Source of the DNA: Azolla caroliniana | Taxonomy: Eukaryota; Plantae; Polypodiophyta | Length of the DNA: 64,000 bases | Assembly (NCBI GenBank): GCA_043228905.1 | Contig: JBHGNT010000012.1 | Span: 8,680,001-8,744,000 of the forward strand | Direction of reading: 5' to 3' | Shown: positions 11,350 to 22,201 of the stretch, piece by piece | Numbering within the stretch: position 1 is the stretch's first letter | Layout: the number at the start of each line of letters is the position of its first letter | Position numbers and translations under genes: made by a program | The notes under the pieces: generated by a model | Database searches by the model: none | Told to the model about the DNA's origin: nothing | The model's input: the letters and a program-made list of their open reading frames with translations, nothing else

Positions 11350-12045
11350 ACTTTAAACATGAACTCATTACATTGTATCGCTTCGTGTTTAAAAACAGAG
11401 TTTTCAATGGGAACTCGATACGCCTTATCAAATTCATGTTGAAAAGTCAACTTTTTGATACATGTTGAAAAACAAAGTTTTCAAGACCAACTCGATATAT
11501 TGTATCGAGTTCGCGTCGAAAATCTGACTTTTTCACATGAATTTGATACAATGTATTGAGTTCATGTTTAAAGGGTTTTTTTGGGGGGTTTAAAAAAAAC
11601 AATTTTGGTTTTTTTTTATTTATTTTGGGTCCTTTTGTTTTTTTTTTTTAAAGTTGAAATGATGAAAAAACCAGAGTTTTCATCACAAGTCGATACAATG
11701 GATCGAATTCATGTTTAAAGTTTTTTGTTTCCATAAAAATAAATAAATAAAAACAAAATAAACAAAAATTGAAAAAATTACTTTAAACATGAACTAGGTA
11801 CATTGTACTGAATTGTGGTGAAAAATCTGGTTTTTTAATCAAGTCAAGTTCGATTTTTTTATTTTTTATTTTTTTATTTTTTTAAATTCGGGAAAAAAAA
11901 CTTTGAACATAAATTTGATACATTGTATGGAATTGCGATGAAAACTCTGTTTTTTACATCAACTCAATACAATGTATGGAGTTCATGTTTAGAATTCTTT
12001 TTCTTTTTCGACTAAAAGAGGTTTAGGGTTTACATGAACTCGAAT
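11350..12045. repeat. Array of ~9-10 degenerate palindromes (consensus ~AACATGAACTCGATACAATGTATCGAGTTCATGTT) in A/T-run spacers
   Basis: Copies near 11355, 11410, 11488, 11535, 11685, 11785, 11905, 11955 and 12032. Confidence 0.75.
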
Positions 12046-12829
12046 TGTACTAAAATATTAGTTTTGTCAAGAGTAAAAGATGCATATCGATGTTGTAAAG
12101 AATTATGTTATGCAACAAGATACCTTATGGTGAACATGTGCTTCCTTGATTAACAAAAAACCATTAATAATTGTGTTGATGGTAATTGAACCTTGCAAAT
12201 GCCATTTACTTCACAAATTTTGTAGGGGAGCTCTCAAAATGAAGAAGAGGAGAGCATTGTGGATACCTTGATAAGTATGTGATATGTTCAAATTGATATA
12301 TTAATGTTTACATCTAAGTTTGGTAGTTTTGACAGTTTATGAATATCATCTACATTTTAGGAGTTATGGATTTATCAAAATTGTTTATGAATATTGTATA
12401 CATTTCTTGAGTTGTGAATTTATGGATGTTAATGAGCACTAAATTTATAGATGATGGCATTAAGGATTACAATGTTACCTCTTATACTTAAAACATTTTC
12501 AAGTCTAACAATAGATGTAACTTCCACTTCTGAAACCTACATCTTCTCAAGATGGTGAAACCATTAATCTTAACTTGTGTGTTAAGTTAACCATTGTGAT
12601 TTTCTTTAAGTTAACTACATTTCATATCTGCAAACCATCAACTTTTAAGCATTTATTGAAAAACTATTCAATTTTAAAAATTATCATTTTGAAACTTGTT
12701 AAATCTCAAAAAATTAACAAATTTAAAACATGTGGTACTAGTGTATCAAGTTTCTGAAATCGCCTAAAATCGCAAGATTATAAAAGGAATGTATAAGTGG
12801 AATGCGCGATCCTTCCACTTGTGAATGCA

Positions 12830-13050
12830 AACATGTTGTTTCACTTTTGAAGCCATACACAACCAGCTCTATTCCATGTCGTCTTACATCTCCCCCACCT
12901 CCAATCAAAGTTTCGGATGGCTCTGAATATGAAGTTGTTGCCATTCTCGACTCCAAGATCATTCGCAACAAATTGTATTATTTAGTTGACTAGTTAGGTT
13001 ATACACCTAATGATCGAACATGGGAACCTCCCGAGAATCTTGCTAATGCC
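12830..13050 (+). pseudogene. Chromovirus integrase C-terminus/chromodomain fragment
   Basis: VSLLKPY...PPPPIKVSDGSEYEVVAILDSKIIRNKLYYLVD*LGYTPNDRTWEPPENLANA. Confidence 0.85.
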
Positions 13051-13739
13051 TCCCGAGAAACTTGGGAAAATTTGTTTGATAAACTTGGGCAATTAGGATT
13101 TTCAGACATTCCAAGTCCATAGAATCAGAATGCCAAGAGGCTAAAGATGCAACACTGAGCGAGGATACCGACTAGAGAGGAAACGATCGAAGGGCAAACA
13201 AACCTAAAGATAGATCGAGGAGCACAGGATCGAGCATGAGAGGGAAGCAAACGAAGTGAATGAACGAGTCGATTCGGGTGACATGCAATCTAGATAACTA
13301 GTCGAATAAGGCTAAAGCTCGACTTTACCTCTACAAATTCGGCTGAATGCCGACAACCTTGTATGTATACTTGTAACTATAGATTAGATTTGTAATCTAG
13401 GTTCACGTGGGAGATAACCCCAATTATTTGTATACATAGGAAAGAGTAGCCCTTTTACGGGGGAGTTTGTTGGCATAAAAGGCCAACTCCTTCCACTTTG
13501 TATCCTTAGTGTGGACACGTCCTCTAGGTAGGGCTCAAGTATATAAGCTCAAACCTAACCTTGTAAAGAGATACTCAAAGTGTAAGAGTTACAGAGTGAG
13601 AGAATAAGAACTTCCATTGAAGCTCTGAAATTGTGTCCATCTTCTGTCTATCTTCTTGTTGTATATTTGTGTTGTTTGTTGTACATCATTTTGAAGGTCC
13701 TCATACACATTCTTCCGCATATCTATTCTTATACTTTCA

Positions 13740-13770
13740 TCAAAGGGAAGGGAGAGAGATTGTGAGAGAA

Positions 13771-13819
<49 letters not shown>

Positions 13820-14129
13820 AGAGAGAAGTATGATAATAGAGAAGTATATTATATGAAAAGAGTACAAAGATAACTAAGAGGCTTAAGACTGGAGTTGAAT
13901 TGAATTGTTTTTTAATAGTGACATATGCCTCTATTTATATTATTATCAGGAGTATACCTGAAGTTTCTAGAATGTTCTAGAGTAATATAAAATATACATG
14001 AATATTCTATAATGAAATAATAAATGAAAATAACATTTTTTGTACTACAATTGTTATCTTAATGGTATGGCCTCAACTCGTGTAACATAAGGTCACGGGT
14101 TTAATTCCTTTTGGGGCCATATCATGACA
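13740..14129 (-). mobile_element. Decayed partial LTR of the same family as 2767-3221
   Basis: Shares the (GA)n tract, GGCTTAAGACTGG, CCTGAAGTTTCTAGAATGTTC, CGTGTAACA and the terminal ATGACA. Confidence 0.8.
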
Positions 14130-14174
14130 GATGGTGTGAACAAACTTGTGTTTGTGTTTGGAGGAGTCTATAGC

Positions 14175-14608
14175 TAACAATCGGCAACCGTTCGGTTTGA
14201 ACCGAACTGAACTGCGAAACCGCGGCTTAACGGTTAGGTTTAACAGTTATTTTATTTTATTTTTAAAATTTTAAAAACAAATTTTAAAAAAGTTTAAAAA
14301 CTGTTTTTAAACAATCTTTTCATTTTCATGCCTTATTCTCACATTTTAGGAAAATATTTAAATTTTAAAAAATTTAAATAATGAAATATTTTTAATTTTT
14401 AATTTTAAAAATTTGATCTAAGCTGAAAACCGAAACCGCGGTTTTACCGGTTTAATGGCTTAATGGTTTGAGAAAATTGTAATGGTTCGGTTTAACGGTT
14501 TGTGGTTCGGTTCGTTTTGGTTCAGGTTTCAAATATTTTAAACGGTTCGGTTTCAAACCGGTTCGGATTGAACCCTCTCGAACCGAACCGAACCGTTGCC
14601 AATTGTTA
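14175..14608. mobile_element. hAT-type MITE (AACCG-rich family)
   Basis: TIR TAACAATCGGCAAC / GTTGCCAATTGTTA. Perfect 8-bp TSD TCTATAGC at 14167-14174 and 14609-14616. Confidence 0.9.
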
Positions 14609-14619
14609 TCTATAGCCCA

Positions 14620-16120
14620 AGTTTGGTAACTATTCAATTATGGACATGTTGACACTACCAATCTTGTGGAGAGACATTGGAAATTTCTCAAGTACACTGC
14701 CTTGAGAGGAAGAATATACTAGTCTATTATTGATCTTGTGCATGTCTTAATCGGGGACAATGTCTCTGGCACTTGCATTGGCAGGACCGTGGTAGAATGG
14801 TACATGGAACGATAAGAGATATGTGAGAGTGGTAGATTCCAACCCCATGCAAATTGTAAGGATCAAAGGTCAAGACTTAAGGAGGCTGAGAGGATACTAG
14901 AAAGATATGTGGTTGATAGCAACTCAGTGCATATTGTGGACGAGGCCCAATATTGGTTTCGAATATTGAGCATAACCATTCCCACTGTATGGTACAATTT
15001 CTCACTCCAATGTTCATATTATGATTTCCAAGACTTTGCAAGTAAATGTAAGCATTTGCTCCATTCAGATGATCGTTAAGAGACATATGCCATCACTATG
15101 TGGATCATTACCATTTATAGATCATGCAACCCAAATGTGAATGGATGATGTGACAATGGATAGACAACTAGAGTCGACACAAGAAGCAGAAGTGGAGATG
15201 AATGTAGAAGTTAACGAAAGGGAAGAAAGAAAGATAGAAGCACATCAACTTCTCGAGCAAGGATGGGGAGCAATGAATAGTGTGGCTCTTGAGCGTTTTT
15301 TGCAACTAATGGTAGATTTTCGAAAGGAATTGCTCTTATCTATGGGTGCATCGGTAACAACCAATATGGCGTTGGGAGGTTCAATAAGTCAAAAGCAAAT
15401 TGGTGCAAAAAGAGGAGCCACGGCAAACATTTCACAAAGAACTTATTGGCAGCTCCCCAAACACGACCAAAATACACACCAGCAGACTACAAAGAGTTGT
15501 GCGTCGTGCTAAAAGGCAATTGCCAATATGTGACACTAAGAAGGTTCAGTGTTTGCATTGTGATGGTTTGGCATTGACTTCAAGAGACTCCAATGCAAAT
15601 TGTTGCAAAAATTGTGGGTGTATCTTGCCATCCTTTGAACAAGAGCCTTGATCTCATAGTTTTTTATTACATTACTTCATGTGATTTTTTATCTATAAAA
15701 TCGTGCAATTTTGTATTTTTTTTAAAGCTTTTGATATTTTTGAGTAATCTTAGCATATCTTTTAAACAATGATCACTTCAGAAATTTCAATTGGGTACCC
15801 GGGTTAGGTGCATGCACCCGGGTTAGGTGTAGGTATTAGGTTAGGTTTAGGTACGTGGGTTAGGTTCATGTACCTGGGTTAGGTTTAGGTACCTAGGTTA
15901 GGTTCATGTACCCTGGTTAGGTGTGACAAAGGATTGTCAAAGTCGGGTTAGATGTGACAGAGGCTCGTCAGACCCCGGTTGGGTTTTTGGCGCGCGCTTT
16001 TTGTGGATAGAGATTGAACAATGCAAATCGCACGCGCATTCAAAACGTGCCTTGCACTGTTCGTGTCCGCGATTTCCTCACGAGGCCTAATTATGATTTG
16101 GTTTCAAACAGAAACGAGCA
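14620..16120 (+). mobile_element. Probable decayed DNA-transposon end (broken ORFs with CxxC motifs, subterminal tandem repeat, shared terminal block)
   Basis: ORF fragments CLHCDG...CCKNCG, a GGTTAGG-containing tandem repeat at 15793-15985, and a terminal ~140-bp block also present at ~36790-36934. Confidence 0.4.
15793..15985 (+). repeat. ~19-bp tandem repeat GGGTTAGGTT(T/C)A(G/T)GTACC
   Basis: About 9 degenerate copies are directly visible. Confidence 0.8.
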
Positions 16121-16171
16121 TATACATATAAACATACATATTTACTGTTATTATACATGTATTGTTATACA

Positions 16172-16845
16172 CATAAATTGATATATTCGCATTCGTGGAG
16201 GTTACCAAACGAATGCATGTGAATACGCGTACAAATGCATGAACAAATATTCGTTTTAAAAAAAAAGAAAGTTCATAAAGTCCCTACTTTTTAGTTTCTT
16301 AGATATATCATATACATACTATATAACAAAGAGGACTTTGACAATAAAAAGGGGATATTTTACTTCACATTAAAAAGGAGACTTAGACTAATAATATTTT
16401 TATAATGGATATAAACTTAAAGTTTTTATTTTATTTTTTCATAAAACAATTTAAAAAAAAGTTAATTAATTAATTAATTAATTAAAGGTTCATTGATTCT
16501 CCACTTTTTACTCTCGGACAAAATTTGATATTTTTATTTGACATTAAAAATGGGACCTCGCATTAATAATATTTTTATAATAGATGTAAAATTTAAAAGT
16601 ATTTGTTCTCTTTTTAATCAATAAAAGGTTCATTAATCCCCCTTTTTTACTCTCCCACAAAACAAAATTTGATATTTTTATTTGACATTAAAAAGGGGAC
16701 CTTACACTATTAGTTTTATAATAGATGTAAAAATATTTGTTTTTTTTAAATAATAAATGAATGGTTCTATAATATTCATGTAGTCATTTTGTACAAATAT
16801 TACGGATGACGAATACCACAAATATTACGCATGGATCAATCTATG
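16172..16845. mobile_element. hAT-type MITE (CATAGA-terminus family)
   Basis: Ends CATAAATTGAT...ATCAATCTATG with perfect 8-bp TSD GTTATACA (16164-16171, 16846-16853). An inverted homolog spans 37352-43956. Confidence 0.88.
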
Positions 16846-17552
16846 GTTATACATATATGCAGGGTTGCCTTTTGACGGCCGTTTTGAGTGTTTTTGGCAA
16901 ATTTAACCGTATATGAAGGTTAATTTGAAAATGAAACCATCAATCTTGACGGGCATATATTTTATAAAAACATAAAAATGAAGGTTTAAAATTTGTTAAT
17001 ACCCTCAAATTTTGCTAAGGCCAAAACAATAGTACATATATTAGTAGTTACAAATTACAATTCATAGGTTCTTGGCCATAATCTGCGAATCCAGCAAAGC
17101 AAAGCAGCACTTTTCTTTTCACTTTAAACCGAGCCGACGGCAATCTTGATGAATCACTGGCAAGAAGATGCTTTGCACTTTTCTTTCCACTTTAAAGCAG
17201 CAATCTTAGAACTCGAAAATGGTACTTTTCCCTGCAAGCCTGAAACGCACGCTATAGCATATAGTTTTATTTAAGAAGGGTAAATGTGTAAACATATGTT
17301 ATGTGATATGATAAAGGAGAAGAAGTGTCTGGGCATATGCATAATGTGAAAATAAACTTAGGGCTTCTTCTCTTTTCGGCCTATTCCTCTCTTTTGTTAG
17401 TTTGTTTCTCTCTTTCTCTTTTTATTGTAATTACCTTACCCTAGTGGTAAGTTGTTAACACTACAAGCACTGTGTTGTGGGTTTGAAACCCAACTTCTTC
17501 ACCTCTCTAATATATACTGCTTATATATCTCTTAAATCACTAGATGCCACTG

Positions 17553-17623
17553 TGGAATGTAAGGGTTGAACCCATGACCACTTGGTCTCCATTGGGCATC
17601 CTTACCAATTGAGCTACATCCAT
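17553..17623 (-). pseudogene. tRNA-derived (Ala-like) decayed sequence or SINE head
   Basis: GGATGTAGCTCAATTGGTAAG...GGTCATGGGTTCAACCCTTACATTCCA has A- and B-box-like motifs, but the anticodon arm does not fold. Confidence 0.55.
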
Positions 17624-17625
17624 CT

Positions 17626-17628
<3 letters not shown>

Positions 17629-17684
<56 letters not shown>
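17629..17684 (+). repeat. (CT)n microsatellite at the LINE 5' flank
   Basis: Directly visible, ~28 units. Confidence 0.95.
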
Positions 17685-17687
<3 letters not shown>

Positions 17688-17950
17688 AAAGCTCTCTATA
17701 AGTTCACTCCGGCCATCGTTTTCTACGTTCTATAGCTCCTTGGAGAGCTCTTTGAGAGAGCTTTCTAAAGAATGTTCATTTACTGAATTCCGTTACCGTG
17801 GCGAGAAGTTATGAGCATTTTCATCCGCAGCCATCTTTGCCCCACGGTTCCTCAAACGGAAGGTAGATTTTGAAGCCCTAAATCGAGTGAAAGGTACATT
17901 CTCTCTCCTTCCCTCTTTGTCTCTCTTTTCCCGTACGGTTTGTCTGTACA

Positions 17951-18820
17951 ATGGCAAATACTCGTAAAACCGCCGCAAAGTTTGGGGGTATTATTGATAA
18001 TGAGCCGAGATCACCAACAAATCTCGATTCTAATGCAATGGACAAAATGCTTATGAGTCACTTGATTTCTCTTCAAGAAACCATAAACAAGCAAGGTGAA
18101 GAGATTAGGATGTTAATGAAAGAGAATACTAAGCTCCAAAGTGTTGTCATTGAGAATGAAAGTCTTAAACAAGTGGTTGCAAAACTTCAAGAAGAGATTC
18201 AAGAATGTAAAAGAGCTTCATTTGAAACAAATGAGCGCCTTAACAAGATTGAGTTAAAGGAAGCATTAAAAGAAGAAAAATTGGATACGATGAGGCGGGA
18301 TGTAAGTGAGATGAAAAATGTATGTACAACGAAGTCATGGGCCGATGTATGTGGTGGGGATGTGTTATCAAACTCATCTAATATGCATGTGATGCATCAA
18401 GAGAAGAATATAGAAAGCATAGATGTCCGAGAATTGAAAGAACGCGAACGACGATCAAAGAACATTGTCGTCCGTGGGATTAAAGAAGAGAGTATGGAAA
18501 CACCCGCATCCCTTGGAAAGGCCATTGGTGAATTTTTTAGCATGCATTATGGGATGTCAGATGTGAATGTATATGGGGCACACCGAGTTGGGAAACATGG
18601 TGTTACTCGCTCCGGAGAAAGGCCTATTGTATGCACAATGACGGATGATACAAAGCGGCGGATCATACTCGAAAATAGTTGGGTATACCTCAAAGGTACA
18701 CAATGCTTTGTGAGTGAAGATCGTACTATCTCACAACAAAATGCTCGTCGTAAAGCATATGAAGAAAGATTGAAAAACAAGGTTAAGGATGTGCCTAAAG
18801 ATGGAAATGTAGGCAAATAG
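17951..18820 (+). CDS. LINE ORF1 (coiled coil + RRM-type domain), 289 aa
   Basis: Heptad-rich N-terminal half. Motifs RRSKNIVVRGIKEE, AHRVGK, RPIVC and FVSEDRT are typical of L1/CR1/L2-type ORF1p. Confidence 0.88.
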   Translation: MANTRKTAAKFGGIIDNEPRSPTNLDSNAMDKMLMSHLISLQETINKQGEEIRMLMKENTKLQSVVIENESLKQVVAKLQEEIQECKRASFETNERLNKIELKEALKEEKLDTMRRDVSEMKNVCTTKSWADVCGGDVLSNSSNMHVMHQEKNIESIDVRELKERERRSKNIVVRGIKEESMETPASLGKAIGEFFSMHYGMSDVNVYGAHRVGKHGVTRSGERPIVCTMTDDTKRRIILENSWVYLKGTQCFVSEDRTISQQNARRKAYEERLKNKVKDVPKDGNVGK

Positions 18821-18826
18821 GGACAC

Positions 18827-21800
18827 GTGATCTATGAGACTAACCCACGCCTTTTACGACTATGTTTTTGGAATTGCAATGGATACCCATGGAATGCGGG
18901 ATTTGGCATAGAGGAGTTCACCAATGACTCGGATATCACACTTCTTGTTGAAACATGGGAGCATGATACTCAAAGGATTCAAGGTTTAGGAAACTATAAT
19001 GTACACTCTTTGATATGGAAGAAAAATCCAAGACAAAGAAGAGGACAAGGAGGGGTGGCATGTTTGATTAAGAAGGAAATAGAGAAATATGTGTCAATCA
19101 TAAAAAATGATGAAAATAAATGCTACATATGGCTCAAAATAGAAACACCTAATGATTTGCCCACTTTTGTTGTTGGATGTTACATTCCTCATCAAGATTC
19201 TAACTTTTATGCTTGTTTGGATAAAGATCAACCGTTTGCCAATCTAGAAGATGATATTGCTTATTTCAAATCCAAAGGGGAAGTTATTGTCTTTGGTGAC
19301 ATGAATGCTCGTACAAGAAGTTTCCAACTTGATTCACAAGAATCTTTTATGCCACATATCTCAAGGATGCAAGAGGATATGCAAATGTATAACCGCTCTT
19401 CTAGCGATGAAAAAGATCCGGACCAATTTGGGAAACTACTCCTACAAATGTGCAATAGTACCGGATTGCTTATTGCAAATGGTATTTCCTTATGGCCCAA
19501 CACTAATGGTTTTACATGTAGAAAATACAACGGAAATAGTGTGATTGATTATGTGCTACTTTCCGAAGGTATTTTGGATCGTATACATAAATTCTCACTT
19601 GGTGAATGGACACCGGAATCAGATCATAGGCCTTTATGTATTGATCTCAAATGTATGCATAGGTTTGATTGTGAGAAGGCTATTGAAGATAATAAACAAC
19701 CGCACTTGAGCATGAACCTTAAGCGAGCACCCATGTATTCCAAGATGGTTGAGGATATGTTACAAATGACAAAGATACAACATGGTGCCACACTAGAATG
19801 CAAATGGGAAGCTTTCAAGAAAGTCATTCTCTCATGTACAAACAAATGTTTTTCGACCAACCGCACATCTTGGAAATGCACCAAGAAACTTAGGAAAAAA
19901 TGGTTTGATAAAGAATGTCGTGAAGCTCGAAAGTGCCTTATGGTTTTGGATGTAGTTAAGGATAAAGAGAATTACCAAAAGCATTTGCATGAGTATAAAA
20001 GGCTTATTCAAAGAAAGAGAAGAATATGGGAAGTTACTCAACAATTTATCCAAACGCAAGAGAAAGCACATGCATGTGCTAAATTTTGGGGAAATCTAAA
20101 GGGAAAACGTGTTGAGAGTTATGGTGACTTAACTCTTCACGACTTGTCTATGCATTGTAAGAATTTATATGAGTTATCTCTTGCCGGAAAGATGATGTGT
20201 TATGGTTCTCTTTCACATATGCCTTCCTTCTTTACAATTGAAGATATATGCATAGGACTTAAGAAATTGGCCTCTCGAAAGGCAAGCGATCTTCAATGTG
20301 TAAAGGCTGAAATGCTCAAATGGACAGGAAAGGAAGCACATATATGGATAAGCGATATGTTTAATGATGCATTGCAACATGGTATGCCGTACGATTGGAC
20401 TACAAATTGGATCAAACCTTTACATAAAGGTGGAGATATAAATAATGTAAACAATTATCGAACCATCATGGTTGGCTCATTAATGGCAAAACTATTTGGA
20501 TGTATAATGGAATCAAAGATAAGTGTATGGGCTGAAAAAAGTGGTAAGAGAGCTTATGGACAAGCTGGCTTTCGGAAACACCATAGCACCATTGATCACC
20601 TTATCACCCTTCGAGTATTAATGGAGGAAAGTCGCCTTAGGGGTAAAGGTTTATATTGTTGCTTTGTAGACTTCAAGAAAGCTTTTGATATGGTACCTCG
20701 TGAGCATCTTTGGAGGCGAATGGAAGAACTTGAGGTGCCAAGTGAATATATGCTTGCAATTTCCCGAATTTATGAGAAGGTTATATGTTGTGTGCGCATG
20801 AAAGATAAACTTTCAGATTTTTTCAAAAGCACTATTGGTGCTAAGCAAGGATGCCCACTCTCACCAACACTATTTGGTCTATGCATTGATGAATTGGAAG
20901 AAATGGTTACCAAGTTTGCAAAGGAAGAATGTGTTGAAGAAGTTGCCATTGGGAATGTTGTGATTATGCTTTTGCTATATGCAGATGACGTAGTGCTTTT
21001 TGCAAATACTTTAGGAGATGCACAAAAGCTTATGAAGGCATTGGAAAAATTTTGCATGCATACTAAATTAAGTGTCAATAGCTCTAAAACAAAGATTATG
21101 CTTGTGAAGAGCCAAAAAAGAGATAAACCATGCATTATGTACAACAATGAGCCACTTGAATGTGTGGAAAGCTTCAAATATCTTGGCCTTGAAGTTCCTT
21201 CAAATCATAGATGGAATGAATGTGCTACACGCCGCTTAGAGGCGGGCAAACGAGCATACTATGCATTTGAGAACACATGCAATCTTGGAGATATTAAGTG
21301 TTGGGTCCTCAAGAAATATCTTTTTGACACTTTGGTGACACCAGTTCTTCTCTATGGGGTGGAAGTATGGGGCGGTAGCATCCCTAAGTCTATGTGGAAA
21401 GAGTTTGAAAATGTCCAAAAGCATTTTCTTACCAAGTTTCTACAAGTTAAGAAACAAACGCCCTACACCCTCCTCCTCCTTGAGACGGGATCGCTTCCCA
21501 TTGAGATCATGGCCATGGAAAGGGTTGTTGAATACATGCTTAAGGTTCAAAAAAGTCCCTCACATCGACTTCCTAGAATTGCGTGGGAAGCAAGCAAAAA
21601 GATCCAAAAGACGCATAAAAGCAAAATTTTGTGTTCCGGTTGGATGCAAGATATAGAAAAATGGTTTGGTAGATGGGATGCGAGACACTTGCTTCATGAT
21701 GCATCATTAGATTCCTCTGTAAATGAGGCATTTTTGCAACGCCAATGTATCATGACATGGGACAAATGTGGAGGCTCACGCTTCACACATTATACTACAC

Positions 21801-22201
21801 ATGTTGCACCTAACTACAAAACCATATTCTTTGCGGAACGGGGAAATCGTACACATCCATACATGTTAGAGCCCATACCGTTATCTGCCATTCGAACCAT
21901 TGCTTCCATGCGACTTAGCTCACATGCATTGCGATGTGAAACAGGGCGTTGGGGTACAAGTGATGAGAGTGGTCGGTTATGCACACTTTGCCCTAAACAA
22001 GTTCGCGAGTCTGAGTATCACACTTTGATACAATGCTCTGCCTTTGATCATATTCGACCATGCTTTCCACATCTCTTCGATCGAGCCCAATCTTTGCATG
22101 AATTCCTCTCACAAACACAATGTGCACTCTCGATTGCAACATTCATTGGTAAAGTTCTTGAACATCGAGAGTCACTACTCACTTTCACACGTATCACGTG
22201 A
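18827..22201 (+). CDS. LINE ORF2 (APE endonuclease, RT, C-terminal CCHC), ~1124 aa; annotated start is GTG
   Basis: Endonuclease motifs WNCNG, ETW, GDMNAR, IDYVL and SDHRP. RT motifs QAGFR, FVDFKKAFD, QGCPLSP, LLYADD and FKYLG. C-terminus CTLC...EYHTLIQC. Confidence 0.95.
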   Translation: MIYETNPRLLRLCFWNCNGYPWNAGFGIEEFTNDSDITLLVETWEHDTQRIQGLGNYNVHSLIWKKNPRQRRGQGGVACLIKKEIEKYVSIIKNDENKCYIWLKIETPNDLPTFVVGCYIPHQDSNFYACLDKDQPFANLEDDIAYFKSKGEVIVFGDMNARTRSFQLDSQESFMPHISRMQEDMQMYNRSSSDEKDPDQFGKLLLQMCNSTGLLIANGISLWPNTNGFTCRKYNGNSVIDYVLLSEGILDRIHKFSLGEWTPESDHRPLCIDLKCMHRFDCEKAIEDNKQPHLSMNLKRAPMYSKMVEDMLQMTKIQHGATLECKWEAFKKVILSCTNKCFSTNRTSWKCTKKLRKKWFDKECREARKCLMVLDVVKDKENYQKHLHEYKRLIQRKRRIWEVTQQFIQTQEKAHACAKFWGNLKGKRVESYGDLTLHDLSMHCKNLYELSLAGKMMCYGSLSHMPSFFTIEDICIGLKKLASRKASDLQCVKAEMLKWTGKEAHIWISDMFNDALQHGMPYDWTTNWIKPLHKGGDINNVNNYRTIMVGSLMAKLFGCIMESKISVWAEKSGKRAYGQAGFRKHHSTIDHLITLRVLMEESRLRGKGLYCCFVDFKKAFDMVPREHLWRRMEELEVPSEYMLAISRIYEKVICCVRMKDKLSDFFKSTIGAKQGCPLSPTLFGLCIDELEEMVTKFAKEECVEEVAIGNVVIMLLLYADDVVLFANTLGDAQKLMKALEKFCMHTKLSVNSSKTKIMLVKSQKRDKPCIMYNNEPLECVESFKYLGLEVPSNHRWNECATRRLEAGKRAYYAFENTCNLGDIKCWVLKKYLFDTLVTPVLLYGVEVWGGSIPKSMWKEFENVQKHFLTKFLQVKKQTPYTLLLLETGSLPIEIMAMERVVEYMLKVQKSPSHRLPRIAWEASKKIQKTHKSKILCSGWMQDIEKWFGRWDARHLLHDASLDSSVNEAFLQRQCIMTWDKCGGSRFTHYTTHVAPNYKTIFFAERGNRTHPYMLEPIPLSAIRTIASMRLSSHALRCETGRWGTSDESGRLCTLCPKQVRESEYHTLIQCSAFDHIRPCFPHLFDRAQSLHEFLSQTQCALSIATFIGKVLEHRESLLTFTRIT

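Noticed and set aside
11350-12045. CRISPR array
   Set aside because: Repeats are degenerate, spacers are variable A/T runs, the context is eukaryotic and there are no cas genes.
13050-13590. LTR-like segment (a similar case at ~56150-57230)
   Set aside because: TATA-like motifs and composition are suggestive, but I could not fix termini, PBS/PPT or TSD.
15793-15985. Interstitial telomere
   Set aside because: The unit is ~19 bp with GTACC/CATG interruptions, not (TTTAGGG)n.
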